DNA of 64,000 nucleotides from positions 59,334,001 to 59,398,000 of the forward strand of contig CM075982.1 of the NCBI GenBank assembly GCA_038087875.1, written 5' to 3'. This DNA is from Malacoraja senta. Taxonomy: Eukaryota. The notes below the pieces were generated by a model, which worked only from the letters and a program-made list of their open reading frames with translations, did no database searches and was not told where the DNA came from. Made by a program: the position numbers and the translations under genes. This document shows, piece by piece, positions 12,540 to 26,282 of this stretch (position 1 is the first letter of the stretch; every line of letters starts with the position of its first letter).

Positions 12540-14424
12540 GGGGAGAAAAACAGCTGGTAAAAAAGAATATAAAGCAGGATAGTAAAAGCTTCTTTAGCTA
12601 TGTGAAGAGGAAAAAAATTAGTTAAGACCAAAGTTGGACCCTTGAAGACCGAAAAAGGTGAATTTAGTATGGGGAACAAGGAAATCGCAGATGAGTTGAA
12701 CAGGTACATTGGATCTGTCTTCACTAAGGAGGACACAACCAATCTTCCTGATATAGAAGTGGCCAGAGGATCTGGGGTGTCAGAGGAACTGAAGGAAATC
12801 CACATTAGGCAGGAAATGGTGTTGGATAGACTGATGGGACTGAAGGCTGATAAATCCCCAGGGCCTGATGATCTGCATCCCAGGGTACTTAAGGAAGTGG
12901 CTCTGGAAATCGTGGATGCATTGGTGATAATTTTCCAATGTTCTATAGACTCGGGACCAGTTCCTGTGGATTGGAGGGTAGCTAATGTTATTCCACTTTT
13001 TAAGAAAGGCGGGAGAGAGAAAACGGGGAATTACAGACCAGTTAGCCTGACATCGGTGGTGGGGAAGATGCAGGTCCATTATAAAAGATGTGATAGCCGC
13101 ACATTTGGATAGCAGTAACAGGATTGGTCTGAGTCAGCATGGATTTACAAAGGGGAAATCATGCTTGACTAATCTTCTGGAATTTTTTGAAGATGTAACT
13201 AGGAAAATGGACATGGGAGAGACAGTGGATGTAGTGTACCTGGACTTTCAGAAAGCATTTGATAAGGTCCCACAAAAGGAGATTAGTGGGCAAAATTAGG
13301 GTACATGGTATTGGGGGTAGAGTGCTGACATGGATAGAGAAGTGGTTGGCAGACAGGAAACAAAGAGTAGGGATTAACGGGTCCCTTTCAGAATGGCAGG
13401 CAGTGACTAGTGGGGTACCGCAAGGCTCGGTGCTGGGACTGCAGCTATTTACAATATACATCAATGATTTGGATGAAGGGATTCAAAGTAACATTAGCAA
13501 ATTTGCAGATGACACAAAGCTGGGTGGCAGTGTGAACTGTGAGGAGGATGCTATGAGAATGCAGGGTGACTTGGACAGGTTGGGGGATTGGGCAGATGCA
13601 TGACAGATGAAGTTTAATGCGGATAAATGTGAGGTTATCCACTTTGGTAGCAAAAACAGGAAGGCAGATTACTATCTAAATGACGTCAAGTTGGGAAAAG
13701 GGGAAGTACAATGGGATCTGGGGATCCTTGTACATCAGTCTATGAAAGTAAGCATGCAGGTACAGCAGGCAGTGAAGAAAGCGAATGGCATGTTGGCCTT
13801 TATAACAAGAGGAATCGAATATAGGAGCAAAGTGGTCCTTCTGCAATTGTACAGAGCCCTAGTGAGACCACACCTGGAGTATTGTGTGCAGTTTTGGTCC
13901 TCTAATTTGAGGAAGGACATTCTTGCTCTTGAGGGAGTGCTGCGAAGGTTTACATGGTTAATTCCCGGGATGGCGGGACTGTCATATGCTGAGAGAATAG
14001 AGCAGCTGGGCTTGTACACTCTGGAGTTTAGAAGGATGAGAGGGCATCTCATTGAAACATATAAGATTGTTAAGGGCTTGGACACGCTAGAGGCAGGAAA
14101 TATGTTCCCGATGTTGGGGGAGTCCAGAACCTAAGAATAATGAGTAAGCCATTTAGAACGGAGACGAGGAAACACTTTTTCTCACAGAGAGTGGTGAGTC
14201 TGTGGAATTCTCTGCCTCAGAGGGCGGTGGAGACATGTTCTCTGGATGCTTTCAAGAGAGAGCTAGATAGGGCTCTTAAAAATAGTGGAGTCAGGGGATA
14301 TGGGGAGAAGGCAGGAACGGGGTACTGATTGTGGATGATCAGCCATGATCACATTGAATGGCGATGCTGGCTCGAAGGGCCAAATGGCCTACTGCTGCAC
14401 CTATTGTCTATTGTCTATTGTCTA
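12540..14424 (+). mobile_element. 5'-truncated CR1 LINE with disrupted reverse transcriptase (RT) ORF2
   Basis: KSPGPDDLHPRVLKE, NYRPVSLTS, QHGF, YLDFQKAFDKVP, GVPQGSVLG and FADDTKL spread over frameshifted or stopped ORFs 12642-14328; (CTATTGT)n tail. Confidence 0.97.
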
Positions 14425-14833
14425 AATATAATGATGCTATCAAGCAATGAGTTTCAGATTGTTCTTAACAGAGAGAGCATGCACGTTTTAATCTGTTCAT
14501 CAGATTTGGCCAGTAAACTTTTCCAGGAAATATATCTTTCACTTCTATACCAATGGGAAGTTTGCCATTTAAACACCAAATGGCTAATCTTTCACAATTT
14601 CTCATGGATCATGTATTCAAACAAGTTCTGCCCATCTTTGACAGTTATAATAGTATAACTATTTTGAAGAGATGACTGTCCAAATAAATTAAACCAGTGT
14701 TGAATTCAACCATATTCCCATAAGACTCATAAATATGCAGTTAATTTGCCTTAATACAGTTTCCACCATACAGTCTTTCAATCACAGACTGAGCTTGTCC
14801 AAGTCATTGATTTCCCCACAATTATCAGTGTTA

Positions 14834-15242
14834 AAGGCCTGTCCCGCTTTGCAATTTTTTCCATGACCTCAACAGCAACAACATACGACAGCACATGATA
14901 GCCTACGACAGCGCATACGATATCCTGCGACCGCACAGACATCAAACAACGACAGCCGAAGTCAACATATGTCCACACGATACGACAGGCTACGTCACTG
15001 TCTAAGACATCTGAGGCCAACAGGTTGACGCATGATGACGCATGATGACGTATGATGACGCAGGCTGTCGCAAAATGAATTAGCCGATGTCATGACCTTG
15101 CGTCACCATGCATCACCGGGCATCACCCGCAGGACAGCCTACGTCAGCGTGCGACAGGGTGCACAACATGATTAGACACGCAGGTGTCGCGGAAAGACAC
15201 GCAGGTGTCACGGAAAGACACGCCGGTGTTGCGGCAGGCCCT
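14834..15242. mobile_element. PIF/Harbinger-type MITE
   Basis: TTA|AAGGCCTGTCCC ... GCGGCAGGCCCT|TTA; internal 10-bp (TGACGCATGA) and 21-bp tandem repeats; CpG-rich. Confidence 0.8.
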
Positions 15243-16299
15243 TTACAGTCTGTTCACACTCTCAGCAGTCATGTTATGTATGAGGAGAGGGATAATCTCC
15301 ATCTACATTCGGTCATTGTCGACCAAACTAAATTTATCTCTGGTCTGTCAATCACCATAGTTTAGGAGATGATCTTACACAGATTTAATCTTCAATCGCT
15401 GCAAAATGCCCTATAGTCTATTTTGAAGAAGTTAAATGTTTTGCAATCTCTGCTCAATGACATCTGCAAGATTCAATTAGTAAGCTTTAAATATAAAGTA
15501 AGATTACAGCACAATTATTAGACATGTAAAATGTGTAGTTAAAAAAAATCCTGAACACTTATTGCAAGTTTATTGATGTTAAAGGAGTTAAACGTTTGTT
15601 GTGGCATTCCACTGATGCACAAGATGGATATCTTCAATTTGAATCCACTTTTGTGCTGTGTTAACTTTTATCAGATTGCGTTAAGAAAAGGGAAAAACTT
15701 ATCACCCCTGCTTTTACTGATTCTGATGACAAATGAATGCTTCAGCCAAAAAGGATGACTAGAGATTGTTCCAATCTTGTTTTACTTTTCTCTCCATTAT
15801 AAGCTCTTGAACTGAACTGGGAACTGAACTAATTGTAAGTAGAAATCACTTGGAGAATAAGCTCCCCTGCTTCAGTTTTATATACCTTTTGTCATTTCAT
15901 TCAAAAGAAATGATAACAAACGACTGGAAATAAAGTATCCAGCATTCTCAAGTCTGGAAGTGGTACACAAGTGAAGAATAAGGATTGAATGTTAATATAT
16001 GTTGGCAGCACAAAATAACGCAAGAAAATTGGACACACTATAAATGGCTCAATATTTTCAATAGCTCCTGTTTTTTTGTTTCTGTTTCTTATATTTGACT
16101 TTCACCCCAGGATATTTGATCAATTCTAAAAATTAGATTGGAAGTTTTCAATGTCACTCAATTATTTAACAAATGAAGGAATGAAAAGCTAGTAAATTGG
16201 TATTTTATTAATCTCCCTGAAAATTTGGCAGTCGTGAGTTACTAGGAACAACCCAACTACTTCAGGTTGACAGTCCAGGATCACCTAATTAACTTGCAT

Positions 16300-17030
16300 T
16301 TGAGGAGGTAGCAAACATGTTGGATGTTCTGCACACAAACTTCCAGAAGGCACAGAAAGATCGCAGATAAATGTCATGAATCCATGTTGAGTTCAAGGCA
16401 AGCTATTGGCATGGCAATAGAATTGGTGAGAAATGTTGCTTGAAACCATATTTCAAGAGGGCTTGTGTACAAAAACAGGGATGTAATGCTGAGGCTCTAA
16501 AAGGCGCTGGCAAGGCCGCATTTGGAATATTGTGAGCAATTTTGGGGCACCATGTCTGAGGAAGGATGTGCTGGCTCTGGAGAGGGAGCAAAGGAGGTTT
16601 ACAAGAATGATCCTAAGAATGAGTAGGTTAATATATGATGAGCGTTTGTTGGCACTGGGCCTGTACTTGATGGAGTTTAGAAAGATGATTGAAACATTGA
16701 AACATACAGAATAGTGAAAGGCTGTGGAGAGGATATTTCCACTAGTGGGTGAGTCTAAGACTAGAGGTCATGGCCTCAGAATTAAAGGATGTCTTTTAGA
16801 AGGTGATGAGGAGGAATTTATTGAGTCAGAGGGTGGTGAATCTGTGGAATTATTTGCCACAGTAGGCTGTGAATATTTTTAAGGCAGAGATGGATAGATT
16901 CTTGATTAGTACAGGTGTCAGAGGTTATGGGGAGAAGGCAGTAGAATGGGGTTAGGAGGGAGAGATAGATCAGCTATGATTGAATGGCAGACTTGATGGG
17001 CTGAATAATTCTACCACTTATGACCTTATG
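16300..17030 (+). mobile_element. Degraded CR1 LINE 3' portion
   Basis: APCLRKDVLALEREQRRFTRMI and CR1 3'UTR. Confidence 0.88.
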
Positions 17031-17419
17031 AAGAGCTATGATAATTATCTCCTAAGTGAGTCAAACAGAGGGATGTAATTCATAAATTCCCAAAACCTGT
17101 GACCAGAGCCTTAGCTTTCCACCACATACGACTAGGAGGAGGGATTAGAGAATTGTTTGCTAAACTTTTTAACAATAACATTGGCCAATGCTGACATATG
17201 AAGAAAGTTGCAAATAGACAATGATAGCTTTGTGAGGAAACTGTGGCAGATAATGAATACAATGTTAGGAGTTTGAGAAACACCGTGGGTAGATGGAATT
17301 CAGATAAAGACATTGAATAGTCTCTCTGCTCCTGACTCCATGATAAACACATTAATACGGATCATCTTTTGCATTAACTAATTGCGTTTCAGAAAAGTAA
17401 AACTTTGGTAAATAAATAT

Positions 17420-17590
17420 GGAAAACACTCAGCAGACAGCATTTCCAGTTCTGATGAAGGGCTATTGGCCTGAAATTTTAAATCTGTTTCTCTCTTCATC
17501 AATGTGGAGGTCTGATCTGCTGATTATTTCTGACATTTTTTGTTTTTATTTCAGATTTGCTACATCTGCAGTTTTGTTGTTTGATTTTCA
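17420..17590 (+). mobile_element. Old PLE-derived repeat
   Basis: CTGATGAAGGG...CCTGAAA and ...CATCTGCAGTT. Confidence 0.6.
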
Positions 17591-18844
17591 CATTCTATGA
17601 CAAAAAATGGGCTTGCTATAAACATTCCACACACGTCTTGTTTTTGATTAGATCGATTCTGTAATCATAGGCGTTAAGTTGGGGAGTTAATCTAAAGGGA
17701 ACATATAATGATCATAGAGCTAAAACATTGTCAGAACTCCATAGTTCTTCTAGCCCTTAGTAACTGACAAAAAGCTCTCAGGTGGAAAGTTGGGATAGGC
17801 CTGTTTATGGGGCATCAATCAGAATCGAGCTGAGGAATATACATTGTTTATCAAAGAGCAGAGGTTTATCCTGTCTAAAACATTAATGCGATGCATTAAT
17901 TTATCAAGATCCTTTCGATTGTACATTAAAAGACTCATTCTAATAATAAATGTGGACTGCTGTCAAATATCTTACTTTTTTTCTTTGACGTTAACAGAGC
18001 TACTTTGAACAGTGTGCCAAAATCCAATTTTTTTTAAAGTGGCTCCTTCAAACCAAGGGAATGCTGCCAGCTCATAATATTTAAGTTCTGAATAACTGGG
18101 CCTTAGAACACAACCATTAATACGAAAATACATCAGAAATGTCAGATGCAGAAACTGGTAAACATCTTTTTTTGCATTACAATCCAAGTGATTTGAGACC
18201 ATTTGATAATTGAGCTAACTTTGTTGAACAGATTCAGCTAGATTCTCCCAATAATAACAGCACGAGTCAGTTTATAATACAAATGTTTGAAGTTAAACTC
18301 TAACCTCATATCTGTGATGTGATCAAATTAAGTCTGCCTTGCTTTTTTAACCTTTTCTGCATCAATTGCTTTTTGTACCCTCATGAATCCCTTTTACACA
18401 TGTGCGACAACACATGTGATTCCTTGTAATTCTGCACCAGTAAGGGAGGAAGACGAGGAACAAAATGAACAGGGGAACAATTAATACATGCCAAGATTTC
18501 TCAGAGGTTATATAGTGTTTTGCATCTGGTAATAGCCACTTTCATACTGAAATGCACAACTACCAGAGAGAAAGCTTTGCAGTTTAATCAAACAATTGGA
18601 TAAAGCCAACACAACATATATCACATTTATTTTGTCCCCTACTTATAAAAATCTTTGCTTTTGTAACACAATCTACACAAAATAAACTTTCTCAAGTGAC
18701 CTGTATCCAGTGTAATTGTACACATATTGTTTTTTTCTATATTGTCCCTCATATGCTTCTTCTAATACTGATGTTTTGTGCTGAATTATTTATTCGACAT
18801 CATTTCATGAACGATGATAAAGATCCACATTATTCTAAATTTTG

Positions 18845-19147
18845 GGTGGCATGGTGGCTCAGTGGTAGAATTGCTGCCTTACTCAGGTGCCAGAGACTTA
18901 GATTCGATCCTGACTATGGGTGCTGTCTGTACGGAGTTTGTACGTTCTCCTTGCGACCGCATGGGTTGCTCCAGTTCCTCCCACACTCCAAGGATTTGTA
19001 GGTTAATTAGCTTTGGAAAAGATTGTAAATTGTCCCTAGTGAGTATTATAGCGTTAGCATACGTGGATTGCTGGTCGGCGCAGACTCGGTGGGCCGATGA
19101 GCCTGATTCTGCGCTGTATCTCTAAACAAACTAAGCTAAACTAAACT
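18845..19147 (+). mobile_element. HE1/V-SINE-like SINE
   Basis: tRNA head, body and (CTAAA)n tail. Confidence 0.9.
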
Positions 19148-20137
19148 CGACTAAAAGGTATTTCAAATTGAGTAATGGTTCTTAGCATTGACTTTGATCA
19201 AACTTTAAAAAAATGTAAGTCATAAGGGGGAAAGAAAGAACAACGGTGAGGCACTGATAAACATGCAGACATTTAAGATAGTGTGAGAGATCAATATTCT
19301 ATACCAGTTGCAACCAGCATCTTTAATTACTGGTTAAATGGTGATGCGGAAATGCTACTACAGTCTCCATAAGGTTAATTCTGAGATTCCGAAAATTATC
19401 CAAGATGGTTCTGAAGTCATGTTTGAATTCAGTTTTTTTTATTCCCTTTGTGCTTAGACGCTTTGGCATATTGTGGTGGCAGTAAAGGCCTAGATGCCAT
19501 CTGCTAGAAAGATATTCTCAAAAGGTGTCATTACACTCTATTAATATTGATATGTTAAATATCATAAAGAAGGATGTTCGGAAGGATGTTTAGTATATGC
19601 TTGGCAAATGTTTAAGCATACGTTCTTGAGAGGCTACCAAATATAATTTTACTATTTGTATTTTTACATTGGTTAGTTAGCCAGTGTAAATTGGCAGGTG
19701 GTAACAGGAACATTGGGGGTGTTGATGGGCATGTGGGAAGATATTCACTAAGGTGGGTCTGATGGGAATAGTCTGAGTGTCAGAGTGGACTTGAATAGCT
19801 TCTGTTGATGTTGTAAGAAACTATGGGAAAAATGGCTCTTAATGAATAAAGTAAATATCACAAACCTGCAGACTGCAAGATGTGGCAGAGATCATCAACA
19901 AAAAATGATCGTGAGCCTAGGAAGCTAAGTGACCTTGACCTATGTGGGCAAAACAATGAAGGCTCTCACATGAGGTTACGTTTGAGAATATCGATCTTCG
20001 TTAGGACAACGTTTGAATGATGGCTCTGGGGAAATTGAGTTAGTAAAATGTAGTTGGTCTTTGAGTAAATAAAAACTGTCGCTGTTCACAATGAGGCTGA
20101 AGGTCCCTTTTGCAGAAGAATCTTACTTGTCATACTC

Positions 20138-20385
20138 GAATAGTGAAAGGCCTGGAAAGACCTGGATACAGTGAATCTGTGAAATTAATTGCTGCAGAAG
20201 GCTGTGGAGGCAAAATCAATGGATATTTTTAATGCCGAGATCGATAAATTCTTGATTAATACAGGTGTCGGGGGTTATGGGGAGAAGCGGGAAAATGGGG
20301 TTAGGAGTGAGAGATAGATCAGCCATGAATGAATGGCAGAGTAGACTTGTTGGTTGAATGGCCTAATTTAGCTCCTATCACTTAT
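20138..20385 (+). mobile_element. CR1 3' fragment
   Basis: CR1 C-terminus and 3'UTR similarity. Confidence 0.8.
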
Positions 20386-20393
20386 AAACAACT

Positions 20394-20481
20394 GAAGAAG
20401 GGTTTCAGCCCGAAACGTTGCCTATTTCCTTTGCTCCATAGATGCTGCCTCACCCGCTAAGTTTCTCCAGCATTTTTGTCT
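20394..20481 (+). mobile_element. PLE-derived short insertion with 14-bp TSD
   Basis: ACTTATAAACAACT at 20380-20393 and 20482-20495; starts at the CTGAAGAAGGG motif. Confidence 0.85.
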
Positions 20482-21837
20482 ACTTATAAACAACTATTGA
20501 TTTCATTTTAGTGAGTATTAAGGCAGTGAGGGAGTGATGTGCAAACAAAAATTCCTCGGGGAAGTCACAAGATAAAGATATCAAAAGACTCTACAAGACA
20601 CAGAAATTGTCCAAAATGGTACATAATACAGTTCTGCCAACTTCACTAAGTGCATGTGACAATTGGAAAATATAACACAAATTATTATTTTATGTTTAAA
20701 TCCATGTTTAAATGTATGCCACTTTATATCAATGCAAAAATCAGTATTGCATCGGCATTGAAACAATGGCAAATTTGGGCTACAAAAGTAAAAGTGAAGT
20801 GGTAAAAATAGTTAAAAAGGCAAGAGATATTACACTGAAAACATCAGATTAGGAAGTAGTGCTGAGGCTCTTGATTTGAACTCCAGTTTAAAATGGTAAT
20901 CACATCCCTGAAATTATACTCCCTCATTCCAATTCTCTCAGAAGAGGAGGTTTCCCCTCAGCATCTAACATGTCAAAACCCTGCGAACCGTACATGTTTC
21001 AGTTAAAGTACCACTCACTCTCTTAACTCCATTGATGATAGCGAAACCTGCTCCGCATTTCTTCGTACAACAAACCCCTCATCCCCAGGCAGAACCTTGA
21101 GAACTTCTACCTAGTAACTGTTGCTCAAAATAAAAATGTGGGAATTAAAGAATTGGAACATGTAATGCTAACTCAGGAAGAATTGCCTGCCCACTAGTAT
21201 TTTTGGGGGGAGCATGCAAAGTATAAAGAATATCCAAGAAATCAAAAAATTGATAATAATTTTAGGATAGTGTCAGTGGATACAATTACCAGAATAAAAT
21301 GTCTTCAATGTGGATATTTCCTTGCAAAAGTTAATTTTTATTATAACCTTCTCCCGAATGTAATTCACCGATAAGAGCCCACAGCACAACCACACCATTT
21401 TCAGTCAAAATTATGAACCTGTTTTTGAGCCTGTTGATCTGGCAGTCAGCCTTGTAAACTTATTTCAAAACATCAGATTATAAAACCTCAATACCTTCCT
21501 AATTCTTCTTTTTGTTAACGTATTTAGCTATCTCCATCATCTAAAATCCATCAGCTGTTCCCAGGCAAGCTGCTGTTCCTGCAGTTTCTGCCCTTTTGAG
21601 AAATGACTGAGAACATGTCTAACAACTGGCCAGTTCATTACTATAAATCAGACAAAAAAGCAAGTTACAGAAAAGTCATCCTCAGATTCAAGAACTGCTG
21701 ACAATTGTCATAATTCAGTTGATTACTGCCTCCACATTGAATTTTACTTCGGAGTCACTTTAGTGATTCCGTGAAGAAGACCCGTCAGGGCGCATGCGTC
21801 ATTACGTCGGTCGCATTGGCACACGGACCAGCGGGAG

Positions 21838-22153
21838 GACAGAGCTCCTCCTGTGGTAAGTACTTTTAGAGTATTTTAAAGAGTTTTAAAGCTCCAGCTA
21901 AGTGAGAAACTTAGCTGGAGTAAAAAGTTCTTTACTGTGGTGCTGTGCTCTGTGTTTTGTCACAGGCAGCACCATGGTGAAGATGAGCAGGGGAACACAG
22001 GGCTCCTCCTGTAGTAAGTACTTTTAAAGTACTTTTATAGTTTTAAAGCTCCAGCTAAGTGGGGAACTTAGCTGGAGTGAAAAGTTCCTTTTTTGTGGTG
22101 CTCTGTTTTTTTAATTATTGCAGGCAGCACCATGATGAAGACGACCAGGGGGA
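21838..22153 (+). repeat. 158-bp tandem duplication in the DIRS-A leader (intron-like unit, hairpin and Kozak ATG)
   Basis: GTAAGT at 21856/22014, CAG| at 21965/22123, GCAGCACCATG in both units. Confidence 0.85.
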
Positions 22154-23330
22154 GGGCAGCCGCAGCTAAAGAATAGGAGAGCCGTGGGAATGCAGTCTGT
22201 GAGCGGCTGCCTCGTACCCCTGCACAGTCGCCGACGGGGTGCGGGGTGACTTCAGACTGAGTGCTAAAAAGCACCAAAGCCAACGCCAGTCGGGCGTAAG
22301 ACACGGGGAAGTCTGGAAGGCCCTCGGTCTCAACTGAGTCGGGCCACAATGACCCTGTACGGGGCTGGAGACGTTTTTAAATGGTTCTCCCAAATGGAGC
22401 ACCTCATCCAGAGGTTGCTTGCAGAAACGCACTCTCCGGGGAGGAGTTGTGTGGGCGGTAGGCTGCAGAAAGGCAACGCCGGCAGCACCTGGTAGAGTGC
22501 TGCTTAAAGCACCCTCATGCATGAGGTGAGTGCAGAGGGTCAGCTAAGGTCTGACCCCGACTCTGACGGAGACTTGGAAATTAGCGAAGAACGGCCGTTG
22601 TCAGAGGTCCATTCTCTGGCAGCACGATTCGCTGTCCAGTCAGAGTATGGATTGCCACTGGAACAAGAGCTGGCCTCCACGATAGGGTCAGCTCAGTTCT
22701 GACCCGACTCTGACGGAGACTTTGTTGAATAGCGATGAACGGCCGTTGTCAGAGGTCCATTCTCTGGCAGCACGATTCGCTGTCCCGTCAGAGTATGGAA
22801 TGCCACTGGGAAAGCGAAGACGGCCGTTGTCAGAGTTCCCATCTCTGGCAGTACGATTCGCTGTCCAGTCAGAGACTGGAATCACCAAGAGACGGGGTAA
22901 CTGCGAGTTGCTGAAGGTGCCAGCAGTGAACCGGGTGATATGGAGCCAGATGGGTGTGGGCGTGCAGTGCCCAGGAGATGAAGCTGCAGAGAATCCTGAA
23001 ATTACTTGGCTCAGGAATCACGGCGTTCGCGAGAACGGTGGATGGAGGGCATGTGTCGGAGACGCAGCAAGAGGTACTAGGGTTGCTTTATATCACCCAT
23101 TTTTGAGATAAATTGTCTCAGGGGAAGTGCCATTCGGCCCACCATTAATTCCAAGATTGCAGTATTTTTCCAGCCTAGCAACATACAGCCGGCAAACTTA
23201 CTCTTCGGAGAGGACCTCGCCAAGAGTGTCAAGGACATGGATGACGAGGCAAAGACGGTAGGCTTGATCAAGCCACCCGCATTCGGCAAGTTTCCAAAAA
23301 AGAAAGTACCCCGACAAACGAAGCGGGAAC
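22132..23330 (+). pseudogene. DIRS gag-like ORF1 remnant
   Basis: Position upstream of RT, Kozak ATG, GC-rich with many stops; LLKVPAVNRVIW and LLFGEDLAKSVKDM segments resemble DIRS ORF1. Confidence 0.55.
22536..22881 (+). repeat. ~148-bp tandem repeat (2 copies plus a partial) inside the gag region
   Basis: Repeated CGGCCGTTGTCAGAG...CGATTCGCTGTCC (ERPLSEVHSLAARFAV). Confidence 0.9.
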
Positions 23331-23399
23331 ATGGTCAAACATACACCAGGTACCAAGGAGGTAGGTGGGCCTGGTTCTCAGGTGCACATATCAAATGTG

Positions 23400-24610
23400 A
23401 CACAACTTAAATCTGGGGTACATTACATCTGTTTCTGGGATGAATGGAAGCAAATTACCTTCGCTCTGTTTATACAGAGTGTTATTCAAAGGCTTTGAAT
23501 GGATTTCAATCCAAATTGTGATTTGCACATTGAGCATTTTGTGATTTGCACATTGCACATTGAGAACTATTCAGTTTTCATTAACAGAACAGATGGATGT
23601 TCAGACTGCGCTTGCAAGCTTATGTGATAAAGGTGTAATGGTAAAGTTGGTTCACCAATCCCATCAATTTGTGTCTAATATTTTCCCAGGCCAAAAAAGG
23701 ATGGGGGATATAGTATAGACATTGTAAGATGGAATTGTCACTGCCAAGAAACTGGGTCAAGAGGATGCTATATGGTGACTATAGACCTTAAAGATGCACA
23801 TTACTCAAAGTCTGTTTATTTGCAGGATAAGGATATTTGAAATTCACCTGGATGGATCAACTATGGCAACAAAATTGTTAAAACCTATATTAGGCATGCG
23901 GAGAGGCCAGGGTCAGGTGCTCTTGGCTAATCTTGATGATATCTTGATTACAGGGGTATCCAAGACAACAGCTGAAGTAACAGGTGATATTTGTTAAATC
24001 CAATTTTCAAAGATTGGGCATTAGTCATCCAGAGGAATCCAAATTAACACCTGACTATTTGGGTCACAATTGATTCAATTAAGTGACTCTGCCCAGGGAA
24101 AAAGGGTAGAGCTAATTGACAGATGTATCAAGCTAATTGAGGCATTAAAGATACATTGGGTCATTATAATAGACCTATGCAGTTATCAGTAAAGGCTATT
24201 TTCGGATTTGCAATGGTGGATTCACCATGTGTCCAGAAGTTATAGCAAGGTAATGCTTGACCAGCCTTCCATGATTTTGCAGATGAATGTCAGTGCACTC
24301 GGGTGAGGTTTCACGGATACGAGTTTCAGCTATGGAGGCAGATGGACTGAGCAAGAGGCATTGCTTCTGCAGACATGGGCAATTAAATATTAAGAGGCTT
24401 ATTGCTCTAACAAATGTAATCTGCATGTTCAGTTTCAGATTGACAATACTACACAAGTGGCATATATATTAATCACATTGGTGGAATCAAGTCGGCATTT
24501 TGTGACAGATTGGCTAATCAAATTTGGGCCTGGTGCATTGAAAAAGATATTTCAACTATTTATCTACCAGGTAGATTTTACATAGTAGCAGACGCCAAGT
24601 CACGAAGGTT
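23400..24610 (+). pseudogene. DIRS reverse transcriptase / RNase H remnant
   Basis: PKKDGG, MVTIDLKDAHY, LANLDDILI (YLDD-like); RNase H motifs QIDNTT..AYINHIGG and IWAWC...YLPG..IVADAKSR; frameshifted. Confidence 0.88.
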
Positions 24611-24624
24611 CCATGACAACATAG

Positions 24625-24930
24625 ATTGGATGTTGAACCAGGAGGTGTTCAATAATATAGTACTTATATATAAATGCCAGATATCGATTTGTTTTGCATC
24701 AAGGTTCAACCATCAGCAGCCTAAATAGGTTTCATGGGAACCAGACCAGGTGGCAGTTGCAATTGATACTTTGGCGTTAAATTGGGGTGGTATGTTTTAT
24801 ATATTTTCCTACCATTTTGCCTAATAGGTCGGAGTCTGGAAGAAATCAAGCAGGATGCCGCTTTGGGGGTGCTTGTAATACCTAATTGGCCGAATCAAGC
24901 ATGGTTCCCTTTGATGTTACAGTTAGGGAT
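24625..24930 (+). pseudogene. DIRS adenine-methyltransferase-like (MT) domain remnant
   Basis: WMLN..VF, DIDLF(A)SRFN, YIFLPFCLIGRSLEEIKQD..GVLVIPNWPNQAWFPLM. Confidence 0.75.
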
Positions 24931-25039
24931 CCAACCTCTTTTTGGTGGTTCCCAAGTGTAGGAATTGACTGGAGCATCCGCTAACACGGGAAAGTCATCT
25001 GTTATGTGATTGTATTGACTTGTTAATTTGCAGGTTTTA

Positions 25040-25950
25040 AGAAGGCCATACCTGGAGCAAGGACTGTCTGGGTGAACGGTGGGCATGCTCACTGTAGCCT
25101 GGAGAAAGAGTACTCAAAAGGGGTATATTACTGATGTAAAAAATGGGAGCAATATTGTGTACAAAATAATATTGACTATAGTACTGCAGGTATTGTGGAT
25201 ATTTTAGAGTTCCTGTTGACACTCTACGATGATGAGGGGCTCAGTTATAGCACCATTAATACAGCTTTAAGTGCTTTGTCATCGTATGGTTTTGATGGGG
25301 TCAGGAAAGATCCTATTGAGTTTCATCATATCATAGCTGGATTGATGAAAGGAATTTCAACTCTAAACCTCCTAAACCCAGGTATATGGCGATCTGGGAT
25401 GTAAGTGTGGTCCTCAAGATGCTTCGACAGTAGGTTCCTGTCATGTCTCTGAATTTGCCAAACTAATCATGAAAGTGGTTATGCTATTGGCATTGGTTCA
25501 GCATAGCAAGTGTAGATTTTGCAAAAACTGCTGCTAGACAAGATGGAAGTTGCTGAAGAGAATGTTATGTTATATAATTGCGTCCTGCTTAAGCAGAGCA
25601 GGCCAGGTGTCACAGGTTTGTTAAAATTGTGTTTCAGCATAAACTACTGATCCATGTTTATGTGTAATGGCACATTTATTTTCATTATATTGAAGCAAAA
25701 AAAATCTTAAGAAATGTGGAAACAGTTACATGAAGCCACACAGGAGAGTGTCAGTGCAGAGTATCTCAAGGTGGTTTAAAGCAAATGTTGATTAAGGCAG
25801 GTATTAACACTGAAGTGTATATATCCTTTTTCCACTAGTGCAGCAGCAACGTCGTCGGCTAGGGCGATGGATGTTCACAGCGGCCATATTTTTATAGGTG
25901 CCGGGTGGTCAAATGAATTATTTTTTAAAAATTTACCATCGGCCGTTCGC
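25040..25950 (+). pseudogene. DIRS tyrosine recombinase remnant
   Basis: WRKSTQKGY, LEFL...GLSYSTINTALSALS, PRY..WDVSVVL, SISRW, FSTS (HSTR decayed), AGWS...F.KIY. Confidence 0.88.
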
Positions 25951-26170
25951 CGATCGGAGAGAGGCTGTTTGCAAATTCAGTATTAAGTCCTGTTTAGGTT
26001 CCCCTGGGATACAGGGGTTACTGTTTGTTTTGATTATTCAAATCAATTGTTATTGCATGATATTAAAATTTCATGTTTAACGCATTATTGATTGTTTCTC
26101 ATCGAAAGTCAATCAATGCAGTAAGAAGCCGGGATTTGGATCTGCGGCAAAAAATCACAGAGCTTTGAAC

Positions 26171-26282
26171 TCTTCACAGAATCACTAAGGTGACTCCGAA
26201 GTAAAATAGTAAGATTAAACGAGAACTTACCAGTTTGAAGTTTGATCGTTATTTTATGAGGAGTTACGTTGGTGATTACGTG
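26171..26282 (+). repeat. DIRS-A internal complementary region (ICR)
   Basis: Reverse complement of the left end (21741-21777) fused at ATT to the reverse complement of the right end (26432-26509). Confidence 0.95.

Noticed and set aside
12642-14328. Functional reverse transcriptase gene
   Set aside because: 5'-truncated CR1 with frameshifts, an internal stop and a deletion.
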